A stretch of 64,000 nt of DNA. It comes from a bacterium (GTDB taxonomy: Bacteria > CLD3 > SB21). How positions within the stretch are numbered: the first letter of the stretch is position 1; each line of letters opens with the position of its first letter. Below are positions 26,950 to 38,353 of the stretch, in pieces. The DNA lies in the NCBI GenBank assembly GCA_013360215.1, contig JABWCP010000004.1, positions 124,001-188,000 on the forward strand, written 5' to 3'. The position numbers and the translations under genes were made by a program. The notes below the pieces were generated by a model. That model worked only from the letters and a program-made list of their open reading frames with translations. It did not search any database and was not told where the DNA came from.

Positions 26950-28489
26950 ATTGCCGGATAGGAATAATGCTGAGTTTGTGCCGGTGTGTGCGTACAAAAC
27001 GTTGTATAGTCATGCGTTCATCTAAAACTTCGGGAGTTTCGATCAAACCGTTTGTTGATATCGTCGACAGAGTTTCAAGTAGGTTGGGGTTTTCAAGTTC
27101 CTCGCCGTGTAATACCTTAGACAAAAGGCCGTTATGAATGAAATAACCGACACGATCTTCCTTTTGGATTAACAAAAACTTTTCATCAAAAGCATCCGGA
27201 TTATCATCCATATGTCTTCGAACACGCCGTAATGCTTTTCTGAACTCAACCAATTGTGGGGAGCGGGCATCACGTGACTTTAAAAAGGAATCGATGTTTT
27301 CTTTACTTTCGATACGAATGTATTCAGCGAGGACGGCCATGGCATCTTCGACTTGTTCACGGTATTCTTCGGCGGAGATGGCTTCACCGCAAGCGCCGCT
27401 GCACTGCCGGAGCTGGTGCGCAAAACAAAATCCTTTCGGTGAACGCCGTTCCTTCATTAATTCAGGGCATAAACGATAGTGCCTTTGCAGTTTGCGCAAC
27501 ATATGATCAAGAAACTTACCGGAGCGAAACGGTCCTATATAATGACCGCCGTCCGCTTTTTTTTCTGCTACCTGAAAAACTCTCGGATATGGATCCGGCG
27601 TTACTTTGATGAATAAGTACCCTTTTCGGGCACGTTGCTGGATATTATAAGGCGGTTGATGTTGTTTGATAAGACGGGATTCTAATATGAGTGCTTCGAG
27701 TTCGGAGGAACATGGAGTAAAGTCAAAATGATCGGTATATTTCATCAACCGACGTTTTCGAGGAATGTCAAATTCACGTACATGGCCGAGAATACGTGAG
27801 CGTATGTGGTTACTTTTACCGATATATAGCGGCAAATCATGTGTATCTTTGAACATGTACACGCCGCGCACGTTGGGGAGTTTGAATAACTCGTGTTCTA
27901 AACGCTCCAGCTGCTTATCCCGGCGGTCAAATTGTTCGGCGTATTTTGAAAAAATCTCTTCGGCGTTAGGCATTTTAAGAAACCGTATCAACGCTTCTGC
28001 TGTTGCTTGCGCGTCATCTAGAGCCCGGTGCCTTGCTTTGACCGGTATTTGAAAATATTCTATCAAAGCGCCGAGATTATGTTTGGTATTTTGGGGAAGC
28101 ATTTTTCGAGAGAGGTTTACCGTACAAAACCGATCTTTGTAAAAATATTTACCGAGGCGTTCTAATTCCGACTTGATAAAGGCATAATCAAAATGCACAT
28201 GATGTGCGACAAAATAATGCCCTTCCATCATCGCCTCGACTTTATGGGCGATGTCCGCAAATACCGGTGCACTTGAAACGTCACGATCGGTTAATCCGGT
28301 GAGTTTGGTAATAAACGGAGGAATCGGAATGGGCGGTTTAACTAAAGAATGGAACGTATCCGTAATTTTGAAATCACGTACATTGACAATGCCGATCTCA
28401 ATCACATAGCCGATGGAGCTTTTATCACCGGTTGTTTCGACATCAACGACGGAAAAACCTGCCGAAAGATCAAATAATGAAGACGGCAT
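26933..28489 (-). CDS. DEDDh 3'-5' exonuclease fused to a UvrC-like GIY-YIG endonuclease
   Basis: VVDVETTG, AHHVHFD, HRALDDA; GVYMF...LYIGKS...R; EALILESRLIK..QPPYN; Cys cluster. Confidence 0.88.
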   Translation of the reverse strand: MPSSLFDLSAGFSVVDVETTGDKSSIGYVIEIGIVNVRDFKITDTFHSLVKPPIPIPPFITKLTGLTDRDVSSAPVFADIAHKVEAMMEGHYFVAHHVHFDYAFIKSELERLGKYFYKDRFCTVNLSRKMLPQNTKHNLGALIEYFQIPVKARHRALDDAQATAEALIRFLKMPNAEEIFSKYAEQFDRRDKQLERLEHELFKLPNVRGVYMFKDTHDLPLYIGKSNHIRSRILGHVREFDIPRKRRLMKYTDHFDFTPCSSELEALILESRLIKQHQPPYNIQQRARKGYLFIKVTPDPYPRVFQVAEKKADGGHYIGPFRSGKFLDHMLRKLQRHYRLCPELMKERRSPKGFCFAHQLRQCSGACGEAISAEEYREQVEDAMAVLAEYIRIESKENIDSFLKSRDARSPQLVEFRKALRRVRRHMDDNPDAFDEKFLLIQKEDRVGYFIHNGLLSKVLHGEELENPNLLETLSTISTNGLIETPEVLDERMTIQRFVRTHRHKLSIIPIRQYDFAQ

Positions 28490-28530
28490 AACAAAGGGAA
28501 CTCAGGCGAACGTGTGTTAAAACGTTCAGG

Positions 28531-29064
28531 TTATTGGATTTTTTGACGAGAGCGAACTATATATCGTGTTGAATAAACAGATTCGGCCGTTTCTTTGGGA
28601 AAACGCAACTTAAGATCAATGGAACCGTTATCCAATTCATAACAATCTCCGTCGCAATACGATTCGCGGTCATTTTCGATATCATCGGCGTCCACGGCAA
28701 GTACGGTATCACCATCATTTTGGATGTATCGAGCTACGACAGAATAGTATTCTTCAGTTGGTAATTGATAGCTAAATGTATTTTCATAAACAAATTTTTC
28801 AAATAAAATATCTTTGTTATCGAAATCACCGCGGAAAATACGAATTAACACGGAATCGTTTTTTTGGTTAATTGTCAGATTAATATTCAAATAGCCATAC
28901 GAATATTTAGTTTCATGACAATCCGAAGGCTTAGGATCACAATCGTTATCGTCGTTTTCATCATCCATTAACTCATCACAACCACTGAGTAACCAAATAC
29001 CACTCAATAAAACAGAAAAAAACAAAATAAAACGCAGTGAAAAAATTTTTCGGTTAACCGGCAT
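28531..29064 (-). CDS. Hypothetical acidic lipoprotein with Cys pairs
   Basis: Lipobox LLSG|C; CDPKPSDC and CDGDC. Confidence 0.6.
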   Translation of the reverse strand: MPVNRKIFSLRFILFFSVLLSGIWLLSGCDELMDDENDDNDCDPKPSDCHETKYSYGYLNINLTINQKNDSVLIRIFRGDFDNKDILFEKFVYENTFSYQLPTEEYYSVVARYIQNDGDTVLAVDADDIENDRESYCDGDCYELDNGSIDLKLRFPKETAESVYSTRYIVRSRQKIQ

Positions 29065-29669
29065 TAGAATTGTCCTCCCAAAGCTGCATAGAAACGAAGA
29101 CCGGGTATTGTGCGCATATTCATGTATTGTAAACCCGATCGGATAAAAACAAATCTGGAAAATTTATGAGAAAAACCGGCTTGAACCACGGGTGTCCAAC
29201 CTTCTTTTTTTTCTAATTTATGTCCGTCAATAATACCAGAGCTTGTACCCCGATAATCAATAAAAGTCACGCCGATACCGGCACCAATAAAAAGGTCAAG
29301 CTTATTATTAATCCAGAATTTTTTATCCAAACCGCCGGCAATAACGTAGCGATATTCTTTGGCTTGAAAATAAAAACGAGGCCCGGCCTTTACTAAGACA
29401 GCTTTTCCATAAGGGCGACCATAAAACGAACCGAAAACGCCTAAAAATTGATTACCGTTGATATTATGACGGTAGGTTCCGCCCAAAGCAAGATCGCCGT
29501 AGTTTTTACCGCCAAAACCAGGTAAACGGAAGGGCATTTCAAAATACGCCGAATGTTTGGCGCGGTTTTCGTATGACATCGCTCCGCCGCGATCAAACTG
29601 TGCGCGGAGGCCGGATGGATACCCCAAAAAAAACAAAAAAGAGAATAGAATAATTTTTTTCATCATCAA
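29064..29669 (-). CDS. Small outer-membrane beta-barrel protein
   Basis: Signal peptide, alternating amphipathic strands, C-terminal Phe. Confidence 0.55.
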   Translation of the reverse strand: MMMKKIILFSFLFFLGYPSGLRAQFDRGGAMSYENRAKHSAYFEMPFRLPGFGGKNYGDLALGGTYRHNINGNQFLGVFGSFYGRPYGKAVLVKAGPRFYFQAKEYRYVIAGGLDKKFWINNKLDLFIGAGIGVTFIDYRGTSSGIIDGHKLEKKEGWTPVVQAGFSHKFSRFVFIRSGLQYMNMRTIPGLRFYAALGGQF

Positions 29670-30721
29670 GCAATTGTTATTTCTTTGGTCGTATATACAT
29701 CTTGGATAGCATTAAGTAAACGTACACCATCTCCCATTGGTTTTTGGAATGCTTTGCGACCGGAAATAAGCCCCATACCGCCGGCCCGTTTATTGATAAC
29801 TGCTGTTTTTACAGCTTCTGCTAAATCACTGGCACCTTTGGATTCGCCACCCGAATTGATAAGTCCTGCACGGCCCATATAACAATTGGCCACTTGATAA
29901 CGCGTTAAATCAATAGCGTTTTCCGTTGTAAGTTCATCATAAACTTTTTTGTGCGTTTTGCCGAATTTTAAAGCTTCATAACCGCCGTTATTGGTCGGAA
30001 GTTTTTGTTTGATAATATCGGCTTGGATTGTAACACCAAGATGATTGGCTTGTCCTGTAAGATCAGCGGAGGTATGAAAATCTTTTTCAGAAGTTTTGAA
30101 TGCGTTGTTACGCGTATAGCACCACAAAATAGTAGCCATTCCAAGTTCATGTGCGTACGCAAAAGCTTCGCTGACTTCCTGTATTTGGCGTGTGGATTCG
30201 GCAGAACCAAAATAAATCGTGGCACCGACAGCGATCGCGCCCATGTCCCAGGCCTGCTTGACGGAACCGAACATGATCTGATCGTATTTGTTGGGATAAG
30301 ATAAAAATTCGTTATGATTGATTTTTACGATAAAAGGGATTTTATGCGCATACTTGCGTGCGCAAGCGCCCAGTACACCATAGGTTGAAGCGACGGCGTT
30401 GCAACCACCTTCTACGGCGAGTTTGACGATATTTTCAGGATCAAAATAAATCGGGTTGGGAGCAAAAGAAGCGCCGGCTGAGTGCTCAATGCCTTGGTCA
30501 ACAGGAAGGATGGATAAATAACCCGTTCCGGCTAAACGTCCTGTGCCAAATAACGACTGTAAACTGCGCAATACCTGAGGATGGCGGTCGCTATGGATAA
30601 AAATACGATCTACAAAATCCGGACCGGGAATGTGAATCTGATCTTTTTTGATGCCTTTACATTCATATTTCAAAAGTGCATCCGCCTCTGCGCCTAAGAG
30701 TTCCTGAATGGTTTTAAGCAT
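29666..30721 (-). CDS. fbaB: Class I fructose-bisphosphate aldolase
   Basis: [37 protein letters not shown]. Confidence 0.93.
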   Translation of the reverse strand: MLKTIQELLGAEADALLKYECKGIKKDQIHIPGPDFVDRIFIHSDRHPQVLRSLQSLFGTGRLAGTGYLSILPVDQGIEHSAGASFAPNPIYFDPENIVKLAVEGGCNAVASTYGVLGACARKYAHKIPFIVKINHNEFLSYPNKYDQIMFGSVKQAWDMGAIAVGATIYFGSAESTRQIQEVSEAFAYAHELGMATILWCYTRNNAFKTSEKDFHTSADLTGQANHLGVTIQADIIKQKLPTNNGGYEALKFGKTHKKVYDELTTENAIDLTRYQVANCYMGRAGLINSGGESKGASDLAEAVKTAVINKRAGGMGLISGRKAFQKPMGDGVRLLNAIQDVYTTKEITIA

Positions 30722-30877
30722 AAATCTCTCCCGATATTTTAAATTGAACAAATATTATTCTTATTAAAAACGAAGAAACTTAACCAAATTTATAAGCCCA
30801 TTCAATGAGAATTTTGTGGCGAAGTAGTAAAAAACTGCCTTATATTGCCGCCCTGACTAACTCAGCTATAGTGAAAA

Positions 30878-33784
30878 ATGAAACTAAACGACGATACTCA
30901 GCTCACTTTGGATTACGAAAAAAAACCTACCCGATCTGAATCGGATCTATTTAAAGAAACGATCATCGTTCGCGGTGCGCGAGTCCACAATCTTAAAAAT
31001 GTCGATTTGGAGATTCCGCGTAACAAACTTACGGTTATTACCGGTTTATCGGGTTCCGGTAAATCCTCGTTAGCGTTTGATACGATTTTTGCCGAAGGCC
31101 AGCGTCGATATGTCGAATCTCTTTCCGCGTATGCCCGTCAATTTCTCAATATGATGGAAAAACCGGATGTGGATCTCGTAGATGGCCTGAGCCCGGCGAT
31201 CAGCATCGAACAAAAAACGGCTAGCCGCAATCCACGTTCTACCGTGGGTACGGTTACGGAAATCTATGATTATTTGCGATTGTTGTATGCCAAAGTTGGC
31301 GTGCCGTATTGTTATAATTGCGGACGTGAAGTAAAGAAACAAACGCGCGATCAAATCATCGAAGCAATTCTCAAAATGAAAAAAGGTGCACGGATTCAGA
31401 TTTTAGCACCGGTCGTGCGAGGCCGTAAAGGTCACTATCAGGAACTGTTTGAGAAATTACGCAAAAGCGGATTCGTACGCGTTCGAATAGACGGAGAAAT
31501 CCGCGAATTGGAAGAAGTAGATAAAGTTTCACGTTATCAGATACACAACATCGAAGTCGTGATAGATCGGCTTGAGTTACCGGAAAAAGCGGATCAACGT
31601 CTTATAGATTCTGTGGAACAGGCGCTCGAAATCGGTGAAGGTGTATTGATAGTTGTTTCCGGTGAAGGCAAAAAAAATAGCGATGTAACTTACAGTCAAC
31701 ATCTGGCGTGTCTGCACTGTGCGATCAGTTATGATGAGCCTTTTCCCAAGGCTTTTTCTTTCAATAGCCCGTTTGGCGCTTGTCCGGCGTGTGAAGGTCT
31801 CGGTGTAATTCGTGAAATCGATGAAAGCCTCATTATACCCGATAGAGCAAAAACGGTCAATGAAGGTGCCATCGCTCCGTATGATAATCCGAAAGCCGAT
31901 ACATGGTTTTACCTTCAGATGAAAAAAATATTAGAGATGAACGGTGCTGATTTTGATACGCCGATTCATAAGCTGCCAAAAAAAGCGTACGAAATGTTGA
32001 TGGAAGGTACCGGAAAAACGAAACATGCGTTTTATTATTATTCAGGCAATAAAAAGAAAAACTACAACGGAACGTACAAAGGCATAAAAGGTATTATTCG
32101 TCACTTTTTTAGCGATACCTCGTCGGAGCAAATTCGCGAATGGGCTGAAGGTTTTATGAGTGAAAAAGTATGTCCTTCATGCCTCGGTGGCCGTCTCAAA
32201 AAAGAAGCTCTTTCGTATCGCATCGGCGATAAAAATATTCATGACTCCGTTCATATGTCGGTTCAGCGATGCGCTGATTTTTTTGGTAAATACCGTATTG
32301 ATCCGCGCATACAAAAGATCGGGGAACCGATACTCAAAGAGATCAATGAACGGCTTGGTTTTTTGCTCAAAGTCGGTTTGGATTATCTGACGCTTGATCG
32401 CAGTGCGCGTACGCTTTCCGGCGGTGAATCGCAGCGTATTCGTTTGGCTACACAAGTCGGTTCACAACTTGTTGGTGTTTTATATATTCTCGACGAACCC
32501 AGTATCGGTTTACATCAACGCGATAATGAAAAACTGATACAAGCTTTGACGGATTTACGCGATCTTGGTAATACGGTTATCGTCGTCGAGCATGATCGTG
32601 ATACGATGGAGCACGCCGATTTTTTGGTTGATCTCGGGCCGGGGGCAGGTCGGCTTGGCGGAAAAATCGTTGCGGCCGGTGCGCCGGGTGATTTCGCACG
32701 TTTTGATTCCGTTACGGCAAAATATATTCGCAATGAAGCGCGTATAGAAGTGCCGTCGGTGCGACGCGAGGGCAATGGCAAAGTTCTCACGTTGAAAAAC
32801 GCGAGCGGAAATAATCTGAAAAACGTAGATCTGCATATTCCACTCGGAAAACTTGTGTGTGTGACCGGTGTTAGCGGATCGGGCAAAAGTTCGCTTATCA
32901 ACGAAACTTTTTATCGTGTGCTGGCACGTCATTTTTATAAAGCTAAAGATGCACCGCTGCCATACAAATCTATCAAAGGTTTAGATCATATTGACAAAGT
33001 CATAGATATTGATCAGTCGCCGATCGGGCGAACACCGCGCAGCAATCCGGCAACATATACCAATCTTTTTAGTTTAATCCGTGATTTGTATGCCGGTTTG
33101 CCAGAAGCTAAAGTGCGTGGTTACAAAGTAGGACGTTTTAGTTTTAATGTGACAGGCGGACGGTGCGAAGAGTGTCAGGGTGCCGGATTGAAAAAAATCG
33201 AAATGAATTTTTTGCCCGATGTATATGTACCCTGCGAAACATGTGAAGGCAAACGGTACAATCGCGAAACTTTGGAAATCCGCTATAAAGGGAAAAGCAT
33301 ATCCGAAGTTTTGGAAATGACAGTTGCTGAAGCGCTGGATTTTTTTGATGCTGTACCACCCATCAAGCGTAAGATACAAACACTGCACGACGTCGGATTG
33401 GATTATATTCATCTCGGTCAGCAAGCCACGACACTTTCCGGCGGAGAAGCGCAGCGGGTTAAGTTGGCAGAAGAGCTCTCCAAATCCAGCACCGGAAAAA
33501 CACTTTATATTCTTGATGAACCGACTACGGGGCTTCATTTTGAAGATATCAAAATGTTGATGAATGTGCTCGGCCAGCTTGTCGATAAAGGCAATACCGT
33601 GGTGATCATCGAGCATAACCTCGATGTGATCAAATGTGCGGATTGGGTGATCGATATAGGACCGGAAGGCGGCGACGGCGGAGGTAATATCGTCGGCGAA
33701 GGAACACCGGAGGAAATTGCCAAAATCAAAGATTCTTATACCGGCAAGTTTTTGAAGCAGGAATTGCGGCGATTTAGGAATTAA
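30878..33784 (+). CDS. uvrA: Excinuclease ABC subunit A
   Basis: [51 protein letters not shown], zinc fingers. Confidence 0.98.
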   Translation: MKLNDDTQLTLDYEKKPTRSESDLFKETIIVRGARVHNLKNVDLEIPRNKLTVITGLSGSGKSSLAFDTIFAEGQRRYVESLSAYARQFLNMMEKPDVDLVDGLSPAISIEQKTASRNPRSTVGTVTEIYDYLRLLYAKVGVPYCYNCGREVKKQTRDQIIEAILKMKKGARIQILAPVVRGRKGHYQELFEKLRKSGFVRVRIDGEIRELEEVDKVSRYQIHNIEVVIDRLELPEKADQRLIDSVEQALEIGEGVLIVVSGEGKKNSDVTYSQHLACLHCAISYDEPFPKAFSFNSPFGACPACEGLGVIREIDESLIIPDRAKTVNEGAIAPYDNPKADTWFYLQMKKILEMNGADFDTPIHKLPKKAYEMLMEGTGKTKHAFYYYSGNKKKNYNGTYKGIKGIIRHFFSDTSSEQIREWAEGFMSEKVCPSCLGGRLKKEALSYRIGDKNIHDSVHMSVQRCADFFGKYRIDPRIQKIGEPILKEINERLGFLLKVGLDYLTLDRSARTLSGGESQRIRLATQVGSQLVGVLYILDEPSIGLHQRDNEKLIQALTDLRDLGNTVIVVEHDRDTMEHADFLVDLGPGAGRLGGKIVAAGAPGDFARFDSVTAKYIRNEARIEVPSVRREGNGKVLTLKNASGNNLKNVDLHIPLGKLVCVTGVSGSGKSSLINETFYRVLARHFYKAKDAPLPYKSIKGLDHIDKVIDIDQSPIGRTPRSNPATYTNLFSLIRDLYAGLPEAKVRGYKVGRFSFNVTGGRCEECQGAGLKKIEMNFLPDVYVPCETCEGKRYNRETLEIRYKGKSISEVLEMTVAEALDFFDAVPPIKRKIQTLHDVGLDYIHLGQQATTLSGGEAQRVKLAEELSKSSTGKTLYILDEPTTGLHFEDIKMLMNVLGQLVDKGNTVVIIEHNLDVIKCADWVIDIGPEGGDGGGNIVGEGTPEEIAKIKDSYTGKFLKQELRRFRN

Positions 33785-33870
33785 AAATTGATTGGTTGGT
33801 ATATAATGTTTAGATTCGCCCATACTTAGAAAAAAGTTTATTTTAATAAAGCATAAGTCGGATTACGTCC

Positions 33871-34902
33871 TTGGAAGATCTTCTTTACCGAATCGAAAAA
33901 GACAATACGCGCGTCGTTGAAAAAATGGCGGTTCGGCGTTTGTACGAAGATTTGAAAGAAAAAATTCATCTGGAGCTTATCGTTTCCGAAGGTATGGATA
34001 TTCGATATTTTGCCCAGCGCGATTTGCACCGTCCGGGTTTGGCGTTAGCGGGGTTTGTTAAACTTTTTACGCACGACAAAATTCAAATCTTGGGCAACAC
34101 GGAAAATTATTACCTTCTGAGTCAGGATGATAGTGAACGGCATGTGGCGCTTGAAACGATTTTTGAATTTGAAATGCCTTGTATCATCGTTACCAACGGC
34201 AACAAAATCATGCCGGAAATGATCGCTCTGTGTGAGAAGAAAAAAGTGCCGCTTATGGTGACAGAGCTTTCGACGACAGATACGATCCATCTGATCAGCA
34301 ACTATCTCGACGAGATGTTTGCTCCGGAAATGACCATGCATGGATCTATGGTGGATGTTTACGGCATCGGTATGATTCTCATGGGCAAAAGCGGTATCGG
34401 CAAAAGCGAAATAGCGCTTGATCTCGTCGAACGCGGCCACCGTCTTGTTGCGGATGATACGATTCGCATCAGTCGTACTTCGGGCGGTATTTTGATGGCT
34501 CGCGGACATGATACACTCAAGCATTTTCTTGAAGTGCGCGGTGTCGGCATTCTCGATGTGCGTGAAATGTTCGGTATCCGTGCCGTGCGTGTACAAAAAC
34601 GTGTCGAGGTCGTGGTTGATTTACAACTTTGGGACGGCAAAGAAGAATACGAACGGCTTGGCTTGGATGATCATACCGTCGAATATCTCGGCGTAAAAAT
34701 ACCGATCGTCAAACTGCCGATTTATCCGGGAAAAAATATTACGGTTATTGCGGAGGCCATTGCACTCAACCTGCTTCTCAAAGTTTACGGTTACGATGCG
34801 GCTAAAATTTTTACAGATCGGTTGTCTGAAGAAATAAGAAATAAAAATAAAAACGCTAAGTCCTACGTTACCAATAAATTTTTAGATGGCGATAAAGAAT
34901 AA
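33871..34902 (+). CDS. hprK: HPr kinase/phosphorylase
   Basis: RPGLALAGF, HGSMVDVYGIG, GKSGIGKSE, GHRLVADD, LEVRGVGI. Confidence 0.95.
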   Translation: MEDLLYRIEKDNTRVVEKMAVRRLYEDLKEKIHLELIVSEGMDIRYFAQRDLHRPGLALAGFVKLFTHDKIQILGNTENYYLLSQDDSERHVALETIFEFEMPCIIVTNGNKIMPEMIALCEKKKVPLMVTELSTTDTIHLISNYLDEMFAPEMTMHGSMVDVYGIGMILMGKSGIGKSEIALDLVERGHRLVADDTIRISRTSGGILMARGHDTLKHFLEVRGVGILDVREMFGIRAVRVQKRVEVVVDLQLWDGKEEYERLGLDDHTVEYLGVKIPIVKLPIYPGKNITVIAEAIALNLLLKVYGYDAAKIFTDRLSEEIRNKNKNAKSYVTNKFLDGDKE

Positions 34903-34917
34903 AAAAAGAGGGAAAGT

Positions 34918-35817
34918 TTGAACGAAAATAAAGTCATGGAGATCAAGGTCGGTATTACGATACTATTAGCGACCGTTCTTTTGGTTATGAGCATAGTGTG
35001 GCTCAAAGGGATTACTTTTAAGCCTAACACGTTTGAAGTCGAAATAACTTTCAATAATACAGCCGGATTGCAGATCGGTGATCCCGTTACAGTCAGCGGT
35101 ATGAAAGTGGGAAAAGTAACGGATATTAATCTGGAAGCCGATTCCGTAATTGTGTCGGTCAGTTTATCCAACAGCGTCATTCTCAAAGAAGATGTACGTG
35201 CCGTTATTACCAGCACAGATTTTTTTGGCGGAAAAAAGATCGAGTTAGTCACCGGCGTAGCGGATAATATTTTCAAATCCAAACGATTTCGCGGTACGCG
35301 TGAACCCGATATCACGGAGCTAACAAGCCAGCTCAAAGAAATCGCTACCGATGTCAAAGGTACCCTTCAGCGCGTGGACAGCGTATTGATCGGTGTAAAT
35401 AACTTTGTCGGCGATAAAAAAATGATCAATTCGCTGAAAAACGCGGTTTATAATCTTGATTCGACCACATCACGTGTCCGTCAAATCGTAGAGCGCAGCG
35501 ACGTGCGAATTGATTCGACGCTTTCGCGGCTCTCATCCTCTACCAAAATTTTCAAAACCATGTTGAGTCGTACGGATGCACAGATTGATTCGACGTTTGG
35601 CAATGTACGCTTGATCACACAATCCGTTATGGATGTAACTCAATCATTGGACAGTATTGTAAGTAAAGTGCAAAGCGGCGAAGGCAATCTGGGCCGGATG
35701 ATCTATGATGATCAGTTATATTGGCGAATCAATCGCACCACGCAACAACTGGATTCTTTGGTCGGTTCACTGCGCGAAAAAGGTGTTAAGGTTAATGTTA
35801 AATTGTTTGGCGATTAA
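34918..35817 (+). CDS. mlaD: MlaD/MCE-family lipid transport protein
   Basis: N-terminal TM helix, GLQIGDPVTVSGMKVGKV, helical tail with GEGNLGRMIYD. Confidence 0.85.
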   Translation: MNENKVMEIKVGITILLATVLLVMSIVWLKGITFKPNTFEVEITFNNTAGLQIGDPVTVSGMKVGKVTDINLEADSVIVSVSLSNSVILKEDVRAVITSTDFFGGKKIELVTGVADNIFKSKRFRGTREPDITELTSQLKEIATDVKGTLQRVDSVLIGVNNFVGDKKMINSLKNAVYNLDSTTSRVRQIVERSDVRIDSTLSRLSSSTKIFKTMLSRTDAQIDSTFGNVRLITQSVMDVTQSLDSIVSKVQSGEGNLGRMIYDDQLYWRINRTTQQLDSLVGSLREKGVKVNVKLFGD

Positions 35818-35832
35818 GCGCAGTACAAGATT

Positions 35833-36567
35833 ATGAATTTTCTTCTTTCCATTATGTTAAGCTTGTTTGCCGGTGTATTGATTATTGCCGGGGGATGGGT
35901 TTTTTCATCCAAAAAAAATTGGGAATCCCGCTATCTTGATTTTTTTATCGCTTTGGGTGCGGGGTATATTCTCGGTGTAGCGCTTCTCGACATGATACCG
36001 GAAGCTTTTCATGCGACACCCCATGCGATGTATTACGTAGTCTTAGGCTATCTGATCGTTCACTTATTTGAACACGTCTTAACACCACACTTTCATTTTG
36101 GCGAAGAAACACACAATCACCTTATTTCCAACGTGGTTAGTACATCGGCGCTGATCGGACTTATGGTTCATAATTTTTTTAGCGGCGTGGCGATCGGTTC
36201 AGGTATGTTGACAAGTGAAAAAGTGGGATGGATGATATTTGCAGGCACGGTGCTTCATAAACTTCCCGAAGGTTTTACGATTGCTTCGATCATGTTCGCA
36301 TCTCATCACCGCCGTACATACGGCGTTGTGGGTACGATTTTGCTGGCGCTCGCATCGCTTTTGGGAACGGTAATGATTTATTTATTTGAAATGGAGTCTT
36401 TGCCTGTTAAAGATATTGCTTTGGCCATGTCTGCGGGAACTTTTATCCACGTAGCCACCACAGATCTTATTCCGCGTATCAATGATTCAGGTTCTCGTCG
36501 TATGCCGTTGGTAGTTTTTTTGGGTGTCGGATTATTTTTGATAAGCTATATGTTGATGCATCCGTAA
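35833..36567 (+). CDS. ZIP-family metal transporter
   Basis: HFHFGEETH, VHNFFSG, LHKLPEG, AGTFIHVATTDLIP. Confidence 0.88.
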   Translation: MNFLLSIMLSLFAGVLIIAGGWVFSSKKNWESRYLDFFIALGAGYILGVALLDMIPEAFHATPHAMYYVVLGYLIVHLFEHVLTPHFHFGEETHNHLISNVVSTSALIGLMVHNFFSGVAIGSGMLTSEKVGWMIFAGTVLHKLPEGFTIASIMFASHHRRTYGVVGTILLALASLLGTVMIYLFEMESLPVKDIALAMSAGTFIHVATTDLIPRINDSGSRRMPLVVFLGVGLFLISYMLMHP

Positions 36568-36660
36568 GCATCTTGTTTGGTTATCGGTTCTATTCCTTTC
36601 GGGTTCTCGAAAATTAATTATCATATTGGATATTTGGTCGTATCATTTCGGAGTTTCGGT

Positions 36661-38190
36661 ATGTTAAAAAAATTATTTAGCCGGGAAACATTACAAAAAG
36701 TTCTCAACTTCATTGAGCGGGTGGGTAATCTATTGCCTCATCCGGCTACATTGTTTGGTCTTTTTGCATTGACCATCGTGATCGTATCGGGAATTTTCAG
36801 TGCGATGGATATATCCGTACAGCATCCGGGTACCGGTGAGACTATTCGACCGGTCAGTTTGTTGACTGTCGAAGGATTGCATCGCATTTTATCCAATCTT
36901 GTAACCAATTTTACAGGGTTTGTCCCTTTGGGTACCGTTCTTGTAGCCATGTTGGGTATTGGTATTGCTGAAGGCAGTGGATTGATCGGCTCTGTATTAC
37001 GCCTCTTAGTGATTTCAGCACCAAAACGATTATTGACTTTCGTTATCGTTTTTGCGGGTGTAATGTCCAATGTGGCAGGTGAAGTCGGTTATGTTCTTTT
37101 GATACCTTTGGCCGCAGTAATATTTTTGGCTGTAGGTCGCCACCCCATTGCGGGTTTAGCGGCAGCGTTTGCCGGCGTGTCGGGCGGTTACAGTGCGAAT
37201 TTACTATTAGGCACCGTAGATCCTCTTCTCGCGGGACTTACTCAGGAAGCAGCGCGTATCGTGGATCCGGCTTATCATGTAAATCCTGCATGTAATTATT
37301 ATTTTTTAGTTGCTTCGACCTTTATTTTGAGCGCTGTAGGAACATGGGTTACCGAAAAAATGGTGGAACCGCGTTTAGGTGTTTATCAAGGTGAAGAAAA
37401 ACCTGAAGAAATCAAACCACTCACAGTAGAAGAAAAACGCGGTTTTCGTTATGCGATGATCACCGGTTTAGTACTAACAGCGATTATCCTCATAGGCTTA
37501 ATTCCTGAAAACGGTTATCTGCGTGATCTGAAATCCGGTTCTGTTTTGAAATCGCCGTTCATGGCACATATCGTTTCGTTTATTTTTATACTCGGTGCAG
37601 CACTGGGAATTGCTTATGGTTGGGGTACCGGAAAGTTTAAAAACGACAGCGATATTATGAAGAGCATGGGAAAATCCATGGAAACGCTAGGCGGCTATAT
37701 GGTGCTTGTTTTTTTTGCAGCGCAATTTGTCGCATACTTCAACTGGACAAATCTTGGTCTCATCATCGCTGTCAAATTAGCAGGTATTCTGAAAACCTCC
37801 GGATTGGGAAGTGTTCCTTTGATCGTTTCGATGGTTTTTATGACTTCATTTGTTAATTTATTTATGGGCAGTGCATCAGCCAAATGGGCTATCATGGCGC
37901 CGATATTTGTTCCGATGTTTATGATACTTGGTTATGCGCCGGAGTTGACCCAAGCGGCTTATCGTGTTGGCGACAGTTGCTCCAATGTCATTTCGCCGAT
38001 GATGTCTTATTTTGCGCTCATCATGGCGTTTATGCAACGCTACACCAAAGACGCAGGTTTGGGTTCACTCATTGCTACGATGATTCCCTATACGATTGCA
38101 TTTCTTATTTTTTGGTCCATAGCACTGGTAATCTGGCTTATATTTGAAATTCCTCTGGGGCCGGATGCGCGATTATTTTTACAGGTGTAA
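36661..38190 (+). CDS. abgT: AbgT-family transporter
   Basis: [39 protein letters not shown]. Confidence 0.9.
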   Translation: MLKKLFSRETLQKVLNFIERVGNLLPHPATLFGLFALTIVIVSGIFSAMDISVQHPGTGETIRPVSLLTVEGLHRILSNLVTNFTGFVPLGTVLVAMLGIGIAEGSGLIGSVLRLLVISAPKRLLTFVIVFAGVMSNVAGEVGYVLLIPLAAVIFLAVGRHPIAGLAAAFAGVSGGYSANLLLGTVDPLLAGLTQEAARIVDPAYHVNPACNYYFLVASTFILSAVGTWVTEKMVEPRLGVYQGEEKPEEIKPLTVEEKRGFRYAMITGLVLTAIILIGLIPENGYLRDLKSGSVLKSPFMAHIVSFIFILGAALGIAYGWGTGKFKNDSDIMKSMGKSMETLGGYMVLVFFAAQFVAYFNWTNLGLIIAVKLAGILKTSGLGSVPLIVSMVFMTSFVNLFMGSASAKWAIMAPIFVPMFMILGYAPELTQAAYRVGDSCSNVISPMMSYFALIMAFMQRYTKDAGLGSLIATMIPYTIAFLIFWSIALVIWLIFEIPLGPDARLFLQV

Positions 38191-38208
38191 TACCATCAGA
38201 TTTTAAAT

Positions 38209-38242
38209 AAAAAACCTGAGTTGATGAAACTCAGGTTTTTTT
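38209..38242. terminator. Bidirectional intrinsic terminator between convergent abgT and glmS
   Basis: AAAAAACCTGAGTT-GATGA-AACTCAGGTTTTTT. Confidence 0.88.
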
Positions 38243-38353
38243 ATGCTCTAAAATTTATTTTTAGCTGTGCTAAAATAATATTTGTCTTCTAGTTGCCATT
38301 TTTTGATCAACTTTTGCCGGTACCGTTTGATCTAGTCCATTCGCAACTTTGAA

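Noticed and set aside
33074-33823. 249-aa antisense ORF inside uvrA, and the many other short overlapping ORFs in the track
   Set aside because: They lie opposite or inside well-conserved genes and have no recognisable motifs; treated as shadow ORFs.
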